Source: Planctomycetota bacterium
GTDB lineage: Bacteria > Planctomycetota > GCA-002687715 > CAIWVZ01
Reading direction: 5' to 3'
Assembly: GCA_044222185.1 (NCBI GenBank)
Contig: JBGANV010000003.1
Coordinates: forward strand, 704,001-768,000
Length of the DNA stretch: 64,000 nucleotides
Made by a program: the position numbers and the translations under genes. Under the pieces are notes generated by a model. It worked only from the letters and a program-made list of their open reading frames with translations, did not search any database and was not told where the DNA came from. Each line of letters begins with the position of its first letter. Positions within the stretch are counted from its first letter, which is position 1. Below are positions 38,215-48,020 of this stretch, piece after piece.

Positions 38215-41046
38215 ATGCGAGGAGCCGGCGTGCGTGCGATCCAGATTCTCTTCATGTTCACCTGCGGATCATGTCTCATCGCCCAGACCTGCATTCCCGG
38301 ATGGGGGCCAGGCTGCACGACCCTCGGAGGGATCCAAGGCGGTGTGACGGCATACACCGAGTACGACGCCGACGGCCCCGGGCCGGCGCCGAAGCTCCCC
38401 GTCATCGGTGGCAGTTTTGGGGTCGCAATCGGTGACGCCGAGGGCGCCAACTGGCGAATCATCCTCGTGCCGTCCTCGGCCGGTGGGGTGACAGCCCTGG
38501 CAACGCATGACTTCGATGGCCCTGGGCCAGGCCCGGTGGAGATCGTGGCCGCGGGCCGCGCCGGGACCTTCGTTTCCCAATACGCGGCGCCATTGGGTCG
38601 TTGGAATGGCACGACCTGGTCTACTTTCGGCACGGACCTGACTGGCTGGACCTACCCTGCACCGGTTACGCGAATGATCGAGTGGGACATGGACGGCGCG
38701 GGCCCCGGGCCCGCGGAGCTGATCATGGGCGGGGGATTCACCGCGCCCTCGATGCCGCCTGCATTCGGCGTCGCGCGATATGGCGGAAGTTGGAGCGCGC
38801 TCTCGCCGCTGGGATCCGGCGGAACGCCGAGACACACCAGTGTCGACGCGTTGATGGTGTGGGATGACGACGGCAACGGCCCCAATCCCCCGGCCCTCGT
38901 CATAGGATCCCACAGCAGCCTTAGAGGGACGACATCGTCGAGCCTGGTCCGCTGGGATGGACTGACGTCGACGCCGCTCGGTCAGGGGTTCAACGGAGCG
39001 GTACTCGACCTCGCCGTGTTCGATGACGACGGCCCGGGCCCTCACGTGCCGGCGCTCTTTGCCAGCGGATCGTTCACCCTCGCCGGTGGCGTCTCGGCGC
39101 CGCGCGTTGCGCGATGGAACGGTTCGGCCTGGAGCGCGACCGGCTTCGGCGTTGGCAGCGCCGTGAGGACGATCACACCTTTCGATCTCGACGGCCCGGG
39201 CCCGCTCGGGGAACGACTCATAGCGGGCGGAGAGTTCACGACGGCCAACGGAGCGAACGTCGGCAACGTGGCGAGCTTTGATGGAACGAACTGGATCCCC
39301 GTCTCGTTCGGCCTGGGCGTCGGCGGCGGCGCCACACCCATTCCAACCGTCGCGAAACTCGCTTCGCTCGATGCGGACGGAGCCGGGCCGGGAGAGCCAC
39401 GCCTCCTGGCGTTCGGGAACTTCGTGTCGGCCGATGGGGCGCCAGCAAATTCGGTCGCGATCTGGGACCGCGTTGCGTGGAGACCCACCGGACACGGATT
39501 CGTCCTACCGCCGCGCGCCATGGCGGTGTTCGACGCCGACGGCCCGGGTGCCGCTCCGGCGACGCTGTACCTCGCTGCTCCGCCTGTACAACTCACGACT
39601 ATGGCGGTCAGCCCCGTCCGCGCCTGGACCGGGAGCGCGCTTTACACCGTACCGTCCCCCGCGCTCATGACCGTGAACGACCTGATAGTGGGTGACCCTG
39701 ACGGCCCGGGACCGCTCCCCAACCGTCTGATCGCTGGCGGAGCGCCGACCCTGTTCGCAGCACCCGTGACGACCTTCGACGGGACCGCTTGGACGCAGCT
39801 TCCACCGCTCCCGGCGATACCGCCGTACACCGGCGTGAGGGCCATGACGTTCTTCGACGACGACGGACCCGGACCAAGCGCCCCGAAACTCGTAGCCGCC
39901 GACGACGGACACGTTGCGCGGTTCGATGGCGTCGCGTGGAGCCCTGTCGGAGTCCTCGGATCGTCCTACGGTGCTGTCCGAGCGATCGCGGCTTTCGACG
40001 ACGACGGCGCGGGGCCGAGGACCCCGGCGCTGTATCTCGGTGGTTCGTTCTCGACGCTGGCCGGCGCACCGTCGGGCGGGATCTCGCGGTGGAACGGGTA
40101 CTCCTGGGTGCCCATCGGGGTGCCCGCCGGAGTGAGCACGGCCGGCGGCGCGTTCAGCTCCGTGAATGCGCTGCTCGAATACGACCCGGACGGCGCGGGA
40201 CCACGGCCTGGGCTGCTCGTCGTCGGCGGCGATTTCGACACGGCTGGCGGAGTCCCCGCACTGGGAATCGCCGCGTGGAACGGATCCGGGTGGTCCGCAG
40301 CGTTCGGCTCCGGAGTCGTGCGTGGGAATCTCCCCGGAACGGTCTCGGCGATGGCGGTCGCCGACCTCGACGGGAACCCAGGAACACCCGACGAGCTCGT
40401 CGTCGCAGGCTCGTTCACGAGTGTCAGCGGGATTGCCGCCGAATCGATCGCCCACTGGAACGGGACGTCCTGGGCGCCGTTCGGCGGCGGCATCACTGCG
40501 CTCGGCAACTCGGTCCATTTCGCTTTTCAGCCTGCGGCGCCACCCGGCATCGCCGACCTCGCAATGTTCGACGAGGACGGGAGCGGCGGCGGCAGCGCGG
40601 CAGCCGCACTGCATGTATGCGGCCAATTCCTGACGGCCGGCGGAGTGTCGGCACCGCTCCATGCGCGCTGGGGAACGGCGCCGGGCTTGAGTCTCTCTCT
40701 GACCCGCGCGGGCCCGAACGCACCACTGCTCTTCACCGATTCCGCATGCGCCGGTCTGGACACCTGGTTCAACGCCATGAGTCTGGACCCGATGAACGCG
40801 GCATACCCGAACACCGGCCCCTGGTTTGGCCTGCACATCGGTCCCACGGATCTCCTGGGGCAGTTCCAGTCCGGCGTCGCACCGTTCCGAGGCACGCTGA
40901 ATGCGATAGGCAATTCCGTGACGTCGGCACCCGCATCGACTCTGATCCCCTACTCGGGCGTGAGGGTCTGGAGTGTGGGCGTCCGCTTCGACGCACCGAG
41001 CCTGACGGTGCATGGAGTATCGCCGGTGACGTCGATTCAGCTCTAG
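38215..41046 (+). CDS. Secreted 14-repeat DxDG beta-propeller protein with the shared C-terminal domain (paralog 1)
   Basis: 14 copies of [FWY]DxDGxGP...L..GG.F...ARW[ND]G..W; GGAGGAG RBS before ATG 38215. Confidence 0.85.
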   Translation: MRGAGVRAIQILFMFTCGSCLIAQTCIPGWGPGCTTLGGIQGGVTAYTEYDADGPGPAPKLPVIGGSFGVAIGDAEGANWRIILVPSSAGGVTALATHDFDGPGPGPVEIVAAGRAGTFVSQYAAPLGRWNGTTWSTFGTDLTGWTYPAPVTRMIEWDMDGAGPGPAELIMGGGFTAPSMPPAFGVARYGGSWSALSPLGSGGTPRHTSVDALMVWDDDGNGPNPPALVIGSHSSLRGTTSSSLVRWDGLTSTPLGQGFNGAVLDLAVFDDDGPGPHVPALFASGSFTLAGGVSAPRVARWNGSAWSATGFGVGSAVRTITPFDLDGPGPLGERLIAGGEFTTANGANVGNVASFDGTNWIPVSFGLGVGGGATPIPTVAKLASLDADGAGPGEPRLLAFGNFVSADGAPANSVAIWDRVAWRPTGHGFVLPPRAMAVFDADGPGAAPATLYLAAPPVQLTTMAVSPVRAWTGSALYTVPSPALMTVNDLIVGDPDGPGPLPNRLIAGGAPTLFAAPVTTFDGTAWTQLPPLPAIPPYTGVRAMTFFDDDGPGPSAPKLVAADDGHVARFDGVAWSPVGVLGSSYGAVRAIAAFDDDGAGPRTPALYLGGSFSTLAGAPSGGISRWNGYSWVPIGVPAGVSTAGGAFSSVNALLEYDPDGAGPRPGLLVVGGDFDTAGGVPALGIAAWNGSGWSAAFGSGVVRGNLPGTVSAMAVADLDGNPGTPDELVVAGSFTSVSGIAAESIAHWNGTSWAPFGGGITALGNSVHFAFQPAAPPGIADLAMFDEDGSGGGSAAAALHVCGQFLTAGGVSAPLHARWGTAPGLSLSLTRAGPNAPLLFTDSACAGLDTWFNAMSLDPMNAAYPNTGPWFGLHIGPTDLLGQFQSGVAPFRGTLNAIGNSVTSAPASTLIPYSGVRVWSVGVRFDAPSLTVHGVSPVTSIQL

Positions 41047-41144
41047 GCCCATCCGCAGCTGGCGCGCTCATTGCACGGCCGGCGCGGGTCGGCATACAAT
41101 CCCGCGGGCGCAATGACGTCCGGTTGCGCTCGTGAGGAGATCCC

Positions 41145-44048
41145 ATGAATAGCCAAGGCTGCGTGAGTCACGGTCCGCCTTCGACCGAGGAACCGAATGA
41201 CCGGAAACTCCCTGCAGATCCGAGACGCCGCGGATCGTGCATGCTCGCCGGGCTGGTGTGCCTGATCGTGCATACGGCCGTTGCGCAGACGTGCGCTCCG
41301 GGCTGGGCGACTGGGCCGGGGACACTCGGTGGCGTCGGCGGCACCGTGTACACGTCGACGACCTGGGATCCCGACGGACCCGGACCCACGGTCCCAATCC
41401 CCGTCTTGGGAGGAGGCTTCGGCGTCGCATTTGGTTCCCCCTCCGGCAACAGCTGGTATCTGAATGGTCCAGTGCACCAGGCCAACGTGTCGGCGTTCGC
41501 GTGCGTCGACTTCGACGGGCCTGGACCGGCACCATGCGAGCTGGTGGCCGCCGGGTGGTTCGTCGACCCCGCCGTTGGATCAGCGCCGCTCGCCCGATGG
41601 GACGGAACGCGATGGCTCCTCTTCGGCGCTGATCTCATCACCCCAACGCCTACGTCGTTCGCAGACATCAATGGCCTGTGCGCGTGGGACCCCGACGGCA
41701 GCGGCCCGGGCACCGAGGTGCTCATCGTCGCCGGAGATTTCATCGCGCCGTGCACTCCGCCCGGGTTCGGAGTCGCAGCGTACTCGGGCGCCTGGGCGCC
41801 GCTGTCACCAAATGCCAGCGGTGGCACCACGCAAGGGACAGTCGGGATGGCGGTCGCGACGTGGGACGACGACGGCACCGGCCCGCACGCGCCCGGCCTC
41901 GTGCTGTCCGAAACGAACCCCTTCACGATCCCCAACACGAACCGCGTGACGTTCTGGTTGGCCGGACAATCGACCGTTCTTGCAGGCGCATTCAATGCCG
42001 CGGTGCAGACCTTCGCGGCGTTCGACGAGGACGGAATCGGTCCGCAGCCGCCACGACTCTTCGCCGCGGGTACGTTCGCGGGCGTGAACGGCCAGTTAGT
42101 GCCTGGATTCGCGCGCTGGAACGGGGCGAATTGGGGCACGCCACCAGCCGGCCCGTCGCCCACGACGGGGGTTGCGTGCATGCTGGCATTCGACCTCGAC
42201 GGTCCGGGGCCGCTACCCGAGCAGCTGGTTGTGGGAGGACGAGCCACCGCGGCGAACGGAGGTTTGACGGTCAGCACCACCGCGCTCGGGCCGTCGGGCT
42301 GGACGTCCGTCGGATCGGGGTTCGGCTCGGCCGGTCCAGGCTCAACACCGGGATCCGTGAATACCCTCGTGTCCATCGACATCGACGGGATAGGGCCGGC
42401 GGCGCCCCGTCTGCTTGCGGCCGGTGCATTCGACGACGTGAACGGTCACCACGGCCAATCCGTCGCGATCTGGGGGACGGGCACATGGGGAACGACGGGC
42501 ACGGGTCCGAACACTCCACCGAACGCACTATCGGTCTTCGATCCGGACGGCACAGGCCCAGGCCCATCGAAGCTCTACATCTCCTCCCCGCCGCTGACGA
42601 CGTTCGGCAACTTTCCAACCGACATCCTCGCCTGGGATGGAAGCTCGTTTCAGTCACTGTCAGCGACGCCCACGGGGCTCATCCACGATCTGCTGAACGC
42701 GGACATCGACGGGCCGGGTCCGATTCCAGCCCGGCTGTATGCCTCGGGACGGTTTGGCTCCAGTCCCTTGCCTCAGTTCCAACACGTAGTCGAGGCATTC
42801 GACGGAACGACGTGGACGCCGCTGCCGACGTCGACCACCACGTTGTGCCGCGCCATGACGATGTATGACGACGATGGACCGGGGCCCAACCCCGCGAGAC
42901 TGACCACGGCCGGAACGGGCACGCCCGCGTCTTACGACGGATCCAGCTGGACACCTCTGGGCGTGACTGGCCCGAACGGAACGATCAACACGCTCAGCGC
43001 GTTCGACGACGACGGCCCCGGCCCGGGTCTGCCCCTGCTCTATGCTGCCGGGGGATTCACGAACATTGCAGGGCTCACCACCAACTCCATCATGCGGTGG
43101 AACGGTTTTTACTGGTGGACAGTTGGCGCCGGCCTGTTCGTCAATCCCGGCGGCGGCGTTCCCGGGACCGCGAACGCCATGGTCGATTACGACCCCGACG
43201 GGCCCGGCCCGCTGCCACACATGCTCGTCGTCGGGGGAGTATTCGGGGGTGCGGGAAGCCTCGCGGCCATCGGGATTGCCGCGTGGAATGGCACCGCCTG
43301 GTCGAACGCCTTCGGTAACGTGATGCAGGCCAACGGCAACTACGGAACGATCTCCGCTCTCGCGGTCGTCGACTTGGATTCGAATCCCACGACGCCTGGA
43401 GAACTCGTGGCCACCGGCGACTTCATCTCGATCGGGGGTGTCGCCGCGGCGTCGATCGCGCATTGGGATGGGTTCAATTGGTCCGCATTCGGATCGGGGC
43501 TCGGCGGCGCCACTGCAGCGCCCTATTTCCCATATCAACAGATCCTGCTCCCCGGCGGCAACGACATCGCGGTCTACGACGAGGATGGAACCGGAGCCGG
43601 CAACCCGGGCATGTATGTTTCGGGCGTATTCGTGACGGCCGGTGGTCATGCCTCCACGTATCTCGCGCGCTGGGGCGTCGACCCGAGCACGAGCCTCTCT
43701 CTTGCGACGGCGGGCCCGGGAACGGCACTGTCGATCATGACGTCGGCGTGCGTCGGGTTCTCGCACGCCTTCACGGCCTTCAGTCTGGATCCGAGCAACG
43801 CCCTGAGCCCAGGCACGGGACCCTGGTTCGGGCTCCACATCAGCGTGAACGACCTCGTCGCGCAGTATCAGTTCGCGAGTCCGCCGTTCGTCGGGACGCT
43901 CGACGCGTTCGGCCTCTCATCTTCCGTCGTTCCTGCTGCCACGATCGCACCGCTGGTCGGGCAGAACCTCTTCGCCGTAAGCGTCCTCTACGATCCCTCC
44001 ACTCTGACGGCCTTCGGCGTTTCTCCGGTGGCCTTCGTCCAACTGTGA
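41145..44048 (+). CDS. Secreted 14-repeat DxDG beta-propeller protein (paralog 2)
   Basis: Collinear with paralog 1 (QTC.PGW..G.GTLGG...); GAGGAG RBS; alternative start at 41241. Confidence 0.85.
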   Translation: MNSQGCVSHGPPSTEEPNDRKLPADPRRRGSCMLAGLVCLIVHTAVAQTCAPGWATGPGTLGGVGGTVYTSTTWDPDGPGPTVPIPVLGGGFGVAFGSPSGNSWYLNGPVHQANVSAFACVDFDGPGPAPCELVAAGWFVDPAVGSAPLARWDGTRWLLFGADLITPTPTSFADINGLCAWDPDGSGPGTEVLIVAGDFIAPCTPPGFGVAAYSGAWAPLSPNASGGTTQGTVGMAVATWDDDGTGPHAPGLVLSETNPFTIPNTNRVTFWLAGQSTVLAGAFNAAVQTFAAFDEDGIGPQPPRLFAAGTFAGVNGQLVPGFARWNGANWGTPPAGPSPTTGVACMLAFDLDGPGPLPEQLVVGGRATAANGGLTVSTTALGPSGWTSVGSGFGSAGPGSTPGSVNTLVSIDIDGIGPAAPRLLAAGAFDDVNGHHGQSVAIWGTGTWGTTGTGPNTPPNALSVFDPDGTGPGPSKLYISSPPLTTFGNFPTDILAWDGSSFQSLSATPTGLIHDLLNADIDGPGPIPARLYASGRFGSSPLPQFQHVVEAFDGTTWTPLPTSTTTLCRAMTMYDDDGPGPNPARLTTAGTGTPASYDGSSWTPLGVTGPNGTINTLSAFDDDGPGPGLPLLYAAGGFTNIAGLTTNSIMRWNGFYWWTVGAGLFVNPGGGVPGTANAMVDYDPDGPGPLPHMLVVGGVFGGAGSLAAIGIAAWNGTAWSNAFGNVMQANGNYGTISALAVVDLDSNPTTPGELVATGDFISIGGVAAASIAHWDGFNWSAFGSGLGGATAAPYFPYQQILLPGGNDIAVYDEDGTGAGNPGMYVSGVFVTAGGHASTYLARWGVDPSTSLSLATAGPGTALSIMTSACVGFSHAFTAFSLDPSNALSPGTGPWFGLHISVNDLVAQYQFASPPFVGTLDAFGLSSSVVPAATIAPLVGQNLFAVSVLYDPSTLTAFGVSPVAFVQL

Positions 44049-44151
44049 TCGCGCAGCGGCTCGGTGCCGCCAGCCCGCGTATGGCCGGCGACGCCGACGC
44101 AGCGGCCCTCGGCCGCAGCCGAATCGCCGCCGCTCTACCGGTCCGCCCGGA

Positions 44152-45357
44152 TCACGGCTCGAAACGAGCGTCGTAGATCTCGTTGGGAACGAGCTCGGGC
44201 ACGCCGTCGAGCTGGATCGTCGCGAGGCGGCCCCAAGGCGGTGTCGTGAGCACGGCCTTCAACCGCGCGGGCGCGGGCTCGAGGCGCGGAGCGACGGCGA
44301 TGACGGTGCCATGCAGCCGCTCGCCCACGTGGTCGTGCGGGCGCAGTGCGACCTTGACCCCCGTCTTCACGGTCGTGAGCTGGTTGTAGGTGACGTAGGC
44401 GACGACGCGGCCCGGCCGCGACACGACGATCGTCGCGACGGGCACGCCCGTCGCAACCCACTCGCCACCGTGATGCGACACGCTGGCGACGACGCCCGCC
44501 GCGGGCGCCCTCACGACGCACCGCTCTCGCCGCGCTGCAAGCTCGGCGAGCCGTAGGTCGATCACTCGAAGCTCGAGCTCGAGCGGTTCGAGCCGAGAGG
44601 TCACCTCGGGAACCGGAATCGTCGACGGCACCGAATCCAAAGTTGCGTTCGACCGTGCCCGCATCCCCTCGATGGCGACCGTCCGCCGCGCGATCCGCGC
44701 GGCGAGCGCCGCCCGCCTCAGCGAGAGATCGGCCAGGCGGTCCGAGGTGGATGCGCCCGGGGTCGACAGCGCCAGCCGCGAGATCTCGCCTCCGAGCGCC
44801 GCCGCCTCGGCCTCGTCTGCGGCTTGATCGACCTCGTGCCGGTCGAGTTCGCCACGGAGCGCCTCGACGTCGAGGGCGCGCGCGCGCCGGCGTTCCTCCG
44901 CGCCCGCAAGCCGGTCGGCCGATTCGACGCGCCACGCCTCGGCCTGCGCTCGGATCATGGCCCGAACCCGCTCCCCGTCGGCCTTGGTCACGGCGATCTG
45001 GCCGTCGACATCCTGCGTGTCGAGCTGCGCCAGGACGTCCCCCGGCTTCACCGCGAGACCCGTCTCGGCGTCCACGTGGACCAATCGACCTTCGATCGCG
45101 GGCGCGACCTGCAGCTCGACCGTGTCCGCGAACGCGAGCGCGTCCCCGCGAACGCCCTCGACGAGCCAAAGCCTCGCTCCGGCCACGGCGGCAGTCGCCC
45201 AGATCGCAAACGGCGCGACCCGACGAATGCCGGCGATGATGCGGCCGCGCGCCGGAATCGCCGGCGGCGGCTGGACCCGAAACGCCCCCGAATCGGCGAC
45301 CGGCGATCGGACCGGTGCGCCGGTCCCGGCTCCGCCCGCGCTCTTCGTCGCGCTCAT
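44152..45357 (-). CDS. HlyD-family periplasmic adaptor, copy 2
   Basis: TM; VAPAIEGRL...VKPGDVLAQLD, coiled coil, VRAPAAGVV...GEWVATG; ATGA overlap with DUF4956. Confidence 0.87.
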   Translation of the reverse strand: MSATKSAGGAGTGAPVRSPVADSGAFRVQPPPAIPARGRIIAGIRRVAPFAIWATAAVAGARLWLVEGVRGDALAFADTVELQVAPAIEGRLVHVDAETGLAVKPGDVLAQLDTQDVDGQIAVTKADGERVRAMIRAQAEAWRVESADRLAGAEERRRARALDVEALRGELDRHEVDQAADEAEAAALGGEISRLALSTPGASTSDRLADLSLRRAALAARIARRTVAIEGMRARSNATLDSVPSTIPVPEVTSRLEPLELELRVIDLRLAELAARRERCVVRAPAAGVVASVSHHGGEWVATGVPVATIVVSRPGRVVAYVTYNQLTTVKTGVKVALRPHDHVGERLHGTVIAVAPRLEPAPARLKAVLTTPPWGRLATIQLDGVPELVPNEIYDARFEP

Positions 45358-46040
45358 ACCTCCACCGCCTGATCCTGCATGAGGATCGCCACACCGTCCA
45401 CCTTCGGGACGGTGCGCAACGCCGCGACCAGCGCCGCGTTCAACGACGTGTCGCGAAGCCGGACCTGGTAGGCGCGCTCCATCACCCGGCCTTGCGCCAG
45501 CTCGCGCAGGTTCACGAGGATGAAGTTCGAGCAGTACTGCTGGAGCACGGATCGACAGTGCTCATCGACCTCCGGATCGGGCGGCGTCTGGAAGCGCAGC
45601 AGGCCATCGAATGCTCGGCGGGAACCGAAGTCAGAGAAGCTGATCCACAACGAGGCGAGGCAGAAGATGACGGATCCGATCAACGCGACGACGTAGGTCT
45701 GCACGCCGCACGCGATGCCGATCGCGAGACACGCGAAGACGAACGCCATGTCGCGCGTGTCGCGGAGCGTCGCGCGATATCGGACGAGGGCGAGCGTCCC
45801 GAGCAAGCCGAGGCCGCGCGCCACGTTGTTGCCGATGGCGAGCATCAGCATGGTGCTCACGAGCCCCGTCATCACGAGCGAGTGGACGAATCCGCGGGAG
45901 TACGACAGCCCACGGTAGGTCCACGCATAGACGGCGGCGCACATCTGGCAGAACACGAACGAGGCGATCATCGCGAGGACGACCGACTGCCAGGTCATGC
46001 CGGGTTCGTATCGAAGGAAATCGTCGAGGAATGACTGCAT
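45354..46040 (-). CDS. DUF4956 membrane protein, copy 2
   Basis: SYSRGFVHSL...IGNNVARGLGLLGTLALVRYRATLRDTRD. Confidence 0.9.
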   Translation of the reverse strand: MQSFLDDFLRYEPGMTWQSVVLAMIASFVFCQMCAAVYAWTYRGLSYSRGFVHSLVMTGLVSTMLMLAIGNNVARGLGLLGTLALVRYRATLRDTRDMAFVFACLAIGIACGVQTYVVALIGSVIFCLASLWISFSDFGSRRAFDGLLRFQTPPDPEVDEHCRSVLQQYCSNFILVNLRELAQGRVMERAYQVRLRDTSLNAALVAALRTVPKVDGVAILMQDQAVEV

Positions 46041-46049
46041 CGTCGTCGG

Positions 46050-46832
46050 TCAGAGGAAGGGGTTGGGACGCCAGAGCGATGGGAGTCCGACGCGAACCCC
46101 ATCCATCAGGTGTCGGATGCACTCGAAGTACTTGGACGCGTTGGTGCGCACGAGCTCGAGCGTGCGCACGAGGTCGAACATCCACACGGGCACGTGGCGC
46201 GTGAACTTCAGCTCGATGAGGACGCCCGCGGGAAACCCGGCGACTTCGAGCCCGGTGTCGAGGTACTGCCAGTTGCCTGGCTCGCCACGGAGGTCGAAGC
46301 CGCAAGCCGGCTGGAACCGAACGCCTCGATCGAAGGTCAGTCGCGCGTAGTCACCGAAGGCGCTCTCGTAGGCTTCGCGCTCATAACGGATCAGCACCTT
46401 CGGCTCGGCACCGTGCCGTACGGCCTTGTGCTGAAAGTCGGCGAGATGGATGGCGTTTTCGCCGCCCGCGTCGGGATCGATCACGCCTCTCACCCGGGCG
46501 TCATATTCGGCGCGCGGACATCGACCGCGAGTCTTGACGACGACGTCTTTCAGCTTGCGCTTGACTTCGAAGAAGATCGGGCCGTCGGCATCGGCCCCGT
46601 AGGTTCGCACGCGCAGCTTGTACCGATCCATCGAACCGGCCGCCTGGCGGTGCCACAACGCGAAATCCGGTGAATCGAGGTAGAGGTTCGTGATCGTGTA
46701 GGCCCCTTCGTCGCGCGTGCCGGCCTCGGCGTCGTGCACCACGTAGGGCGCAATGAAGCGCCGGATTCGATCGACCCGGCTCTCGGGCACGAAGTACTTG
46801 TATTCGAAGCGCTCGAAGCGGACGGATGTCAT
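46050..46832 (-). CDS. VTC-domain (polyphosphate polymerase) protein, copy 2
   Basis: RFEYKY, ITNLYLDS, RYKLRVRTY, FEVKRK, YEREAY, RLTFD, IELKF, SKY. Confidence 0.92.
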   Translation of the reverse strand: MTSVRFERFEYKYFVPESRVDRIRRFIAPYVVHDAEAGTRDEGAYTITNLYLDSPDFALWHRQAAGSMDRYKLRVRTYGADADGPIFFEVKRKLKDVVVKTRGRCPRAEYDARVRGVIDPDAGGENAIHLADFQHKAVRHGAEPKVLIRYEREAYESAFGDYARLTFDRGVRFQPACGFDLRGEPGNWQYLDTGLEVAGFPAGVLIELKFTRHVPVWMFDLVRTLELVRTNASKYFECIRHLMDGVRVGLPSLWRPNPFL

Positions 46833-47201
46833 GGAAGGGTGGTGGCGACGCGGGCAGTCTCGGACCGGGCCGAAAGGATAGACGAACTCCTCGGCGACTT
46901 CGCGGGATTCTCCCCGCGCAGTACCGCGGTCCTACCCGCATCGCAGGCCCGGTCGCCGCACGCGACGCGCCTTGGCGCGGCCACGGAACCCGAGTCACTC
47001 ACAGGAACAGCGGGGATTCGCGCGAGTTCCGCTTGGTGGTAAGGACGTTGGATCCGCCGCGGGGGAACGTGACGCCGCGCGTCGACGCGCGCCGTTGCGA
47101 GCCAGCCGCCACCGCGCCACCGATTCCGCGGTCGGACTCCCTCGCAGTCTGGGAGCGGCCGTCACCGCAGTCCGCCCGGTGAGGCCCCTCGCACGCGAGC
47201 G

Positions 47202-47229
47202 TTGACGCCCGCGCAGGCCCCACTAAACT
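47202..47229 (+). promoter_or_regulatory. Candidate sigma-70 promoter
   Basis: TTGACG-N16-TAAACT about 50 bp upstream of the 47282 start. Confidence 0.5.
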
Positions 47230-47281
47230 GTCGCCCTCGAGTTCGCGTCGATGGCGAACTCGCACATGCGTGGAGAGCGAC

Positions 47282-48019
47282 ATGCCAGCGAATGAACAGG
47301 ATGACCGAGGCGCCAACCTCGGCGAGCGACCGGACGGGGCTGCACCCGTCGAGCCGACCGAAGCCATCGAAGGCGAGACGGGTGACCCAGCGGTCCTGAC
47401 GGACGCGCCCGTCGCCACGTGCTGCACCGCGCCAAACCCGAGCACGATCAAACCGTGTGCGCTCTGCCAGGCGCCCGTCTGTTCGCGCTGCCGGACCTAC
47501 GCCAACACGAAGGCCGTCTGTCAGACGTGTGCCGCATCCATCCAGGCCGAACTCGCCGCCGAGAAAGCCGGGGTGCTCCACATGCCAGGTGCGATCCTGG
47601 GCGGATTCATCGCTGCACTCGTCGGTGCCGGCGCCTGGGCGGCGATCACGATCATCACGAACCTGCAGATCGGGTACGTCGCCGTCGGCGTGGGGTTCCT
47701 CGCGGGACTCGGAACGTTCATCGGTGCAGGGAAGAAGAAGGGCGCGCCGCTCCAGGCCGTCGCCGCGGCGTGCGCGGCCCTGGGCCTCATCGTCGGCAAG
47801 TACTTCATCTACGCCCATTTCATCGTCGAGTACGTGAACAAGAAGCAACCGGGCCGGGACCTGTCGATTCTCGACCTGAACTCCATGGTGGTCCTGAAGG
47901 AGTGCGTCCTCACGCTCAAGGAGCCCATGGACCTCCTGTTCCTGGCCCTCGCGTTCGTCGCGGCGATCAAGGTCGTCCGTCCTCAGCGCGTGTCCATGCG
48001 CTCGGTGGGGCGCCGCTGA
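47282..48019 (+). CDS. Membrane protein with N-terminal Cys-rich (B-box-like) zinc finger
   Basis: CALC...CSRC...CQTC followed by four Gly/Ala-rich TM helices; GGAG RBS. Confidence 0.75.
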   Translation: MPANEQDDRGANLGERPDGAAPVEPTEAIEGETGDPAVLTDAPVATCCTAPNPSTIKPCALCQAPVCSRCRTYANTKAVCQTCAASIQAELAAEKAGVLHMPGAILGGFIAALVGAGAWAAITIITNLQIGYVAVGVGFLAGLGTFIGAGKKKGAPLQAVAAACAALGLIVGKYFIYAHFIVEYVNKKQPGRDLSILDLNSMVVLKECVLTLKEPMDLLFLALAFVAAIKVVRPQRVSMRSVGRR

Positions 48020-48020
48020 G

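Noticed and set aside
46833-47200. Small gene or Pho box upstream of the second VTC module
   Set aside because: The short ORFs lack coding character and no convincing 11-bp-periodic direct repeat was found.
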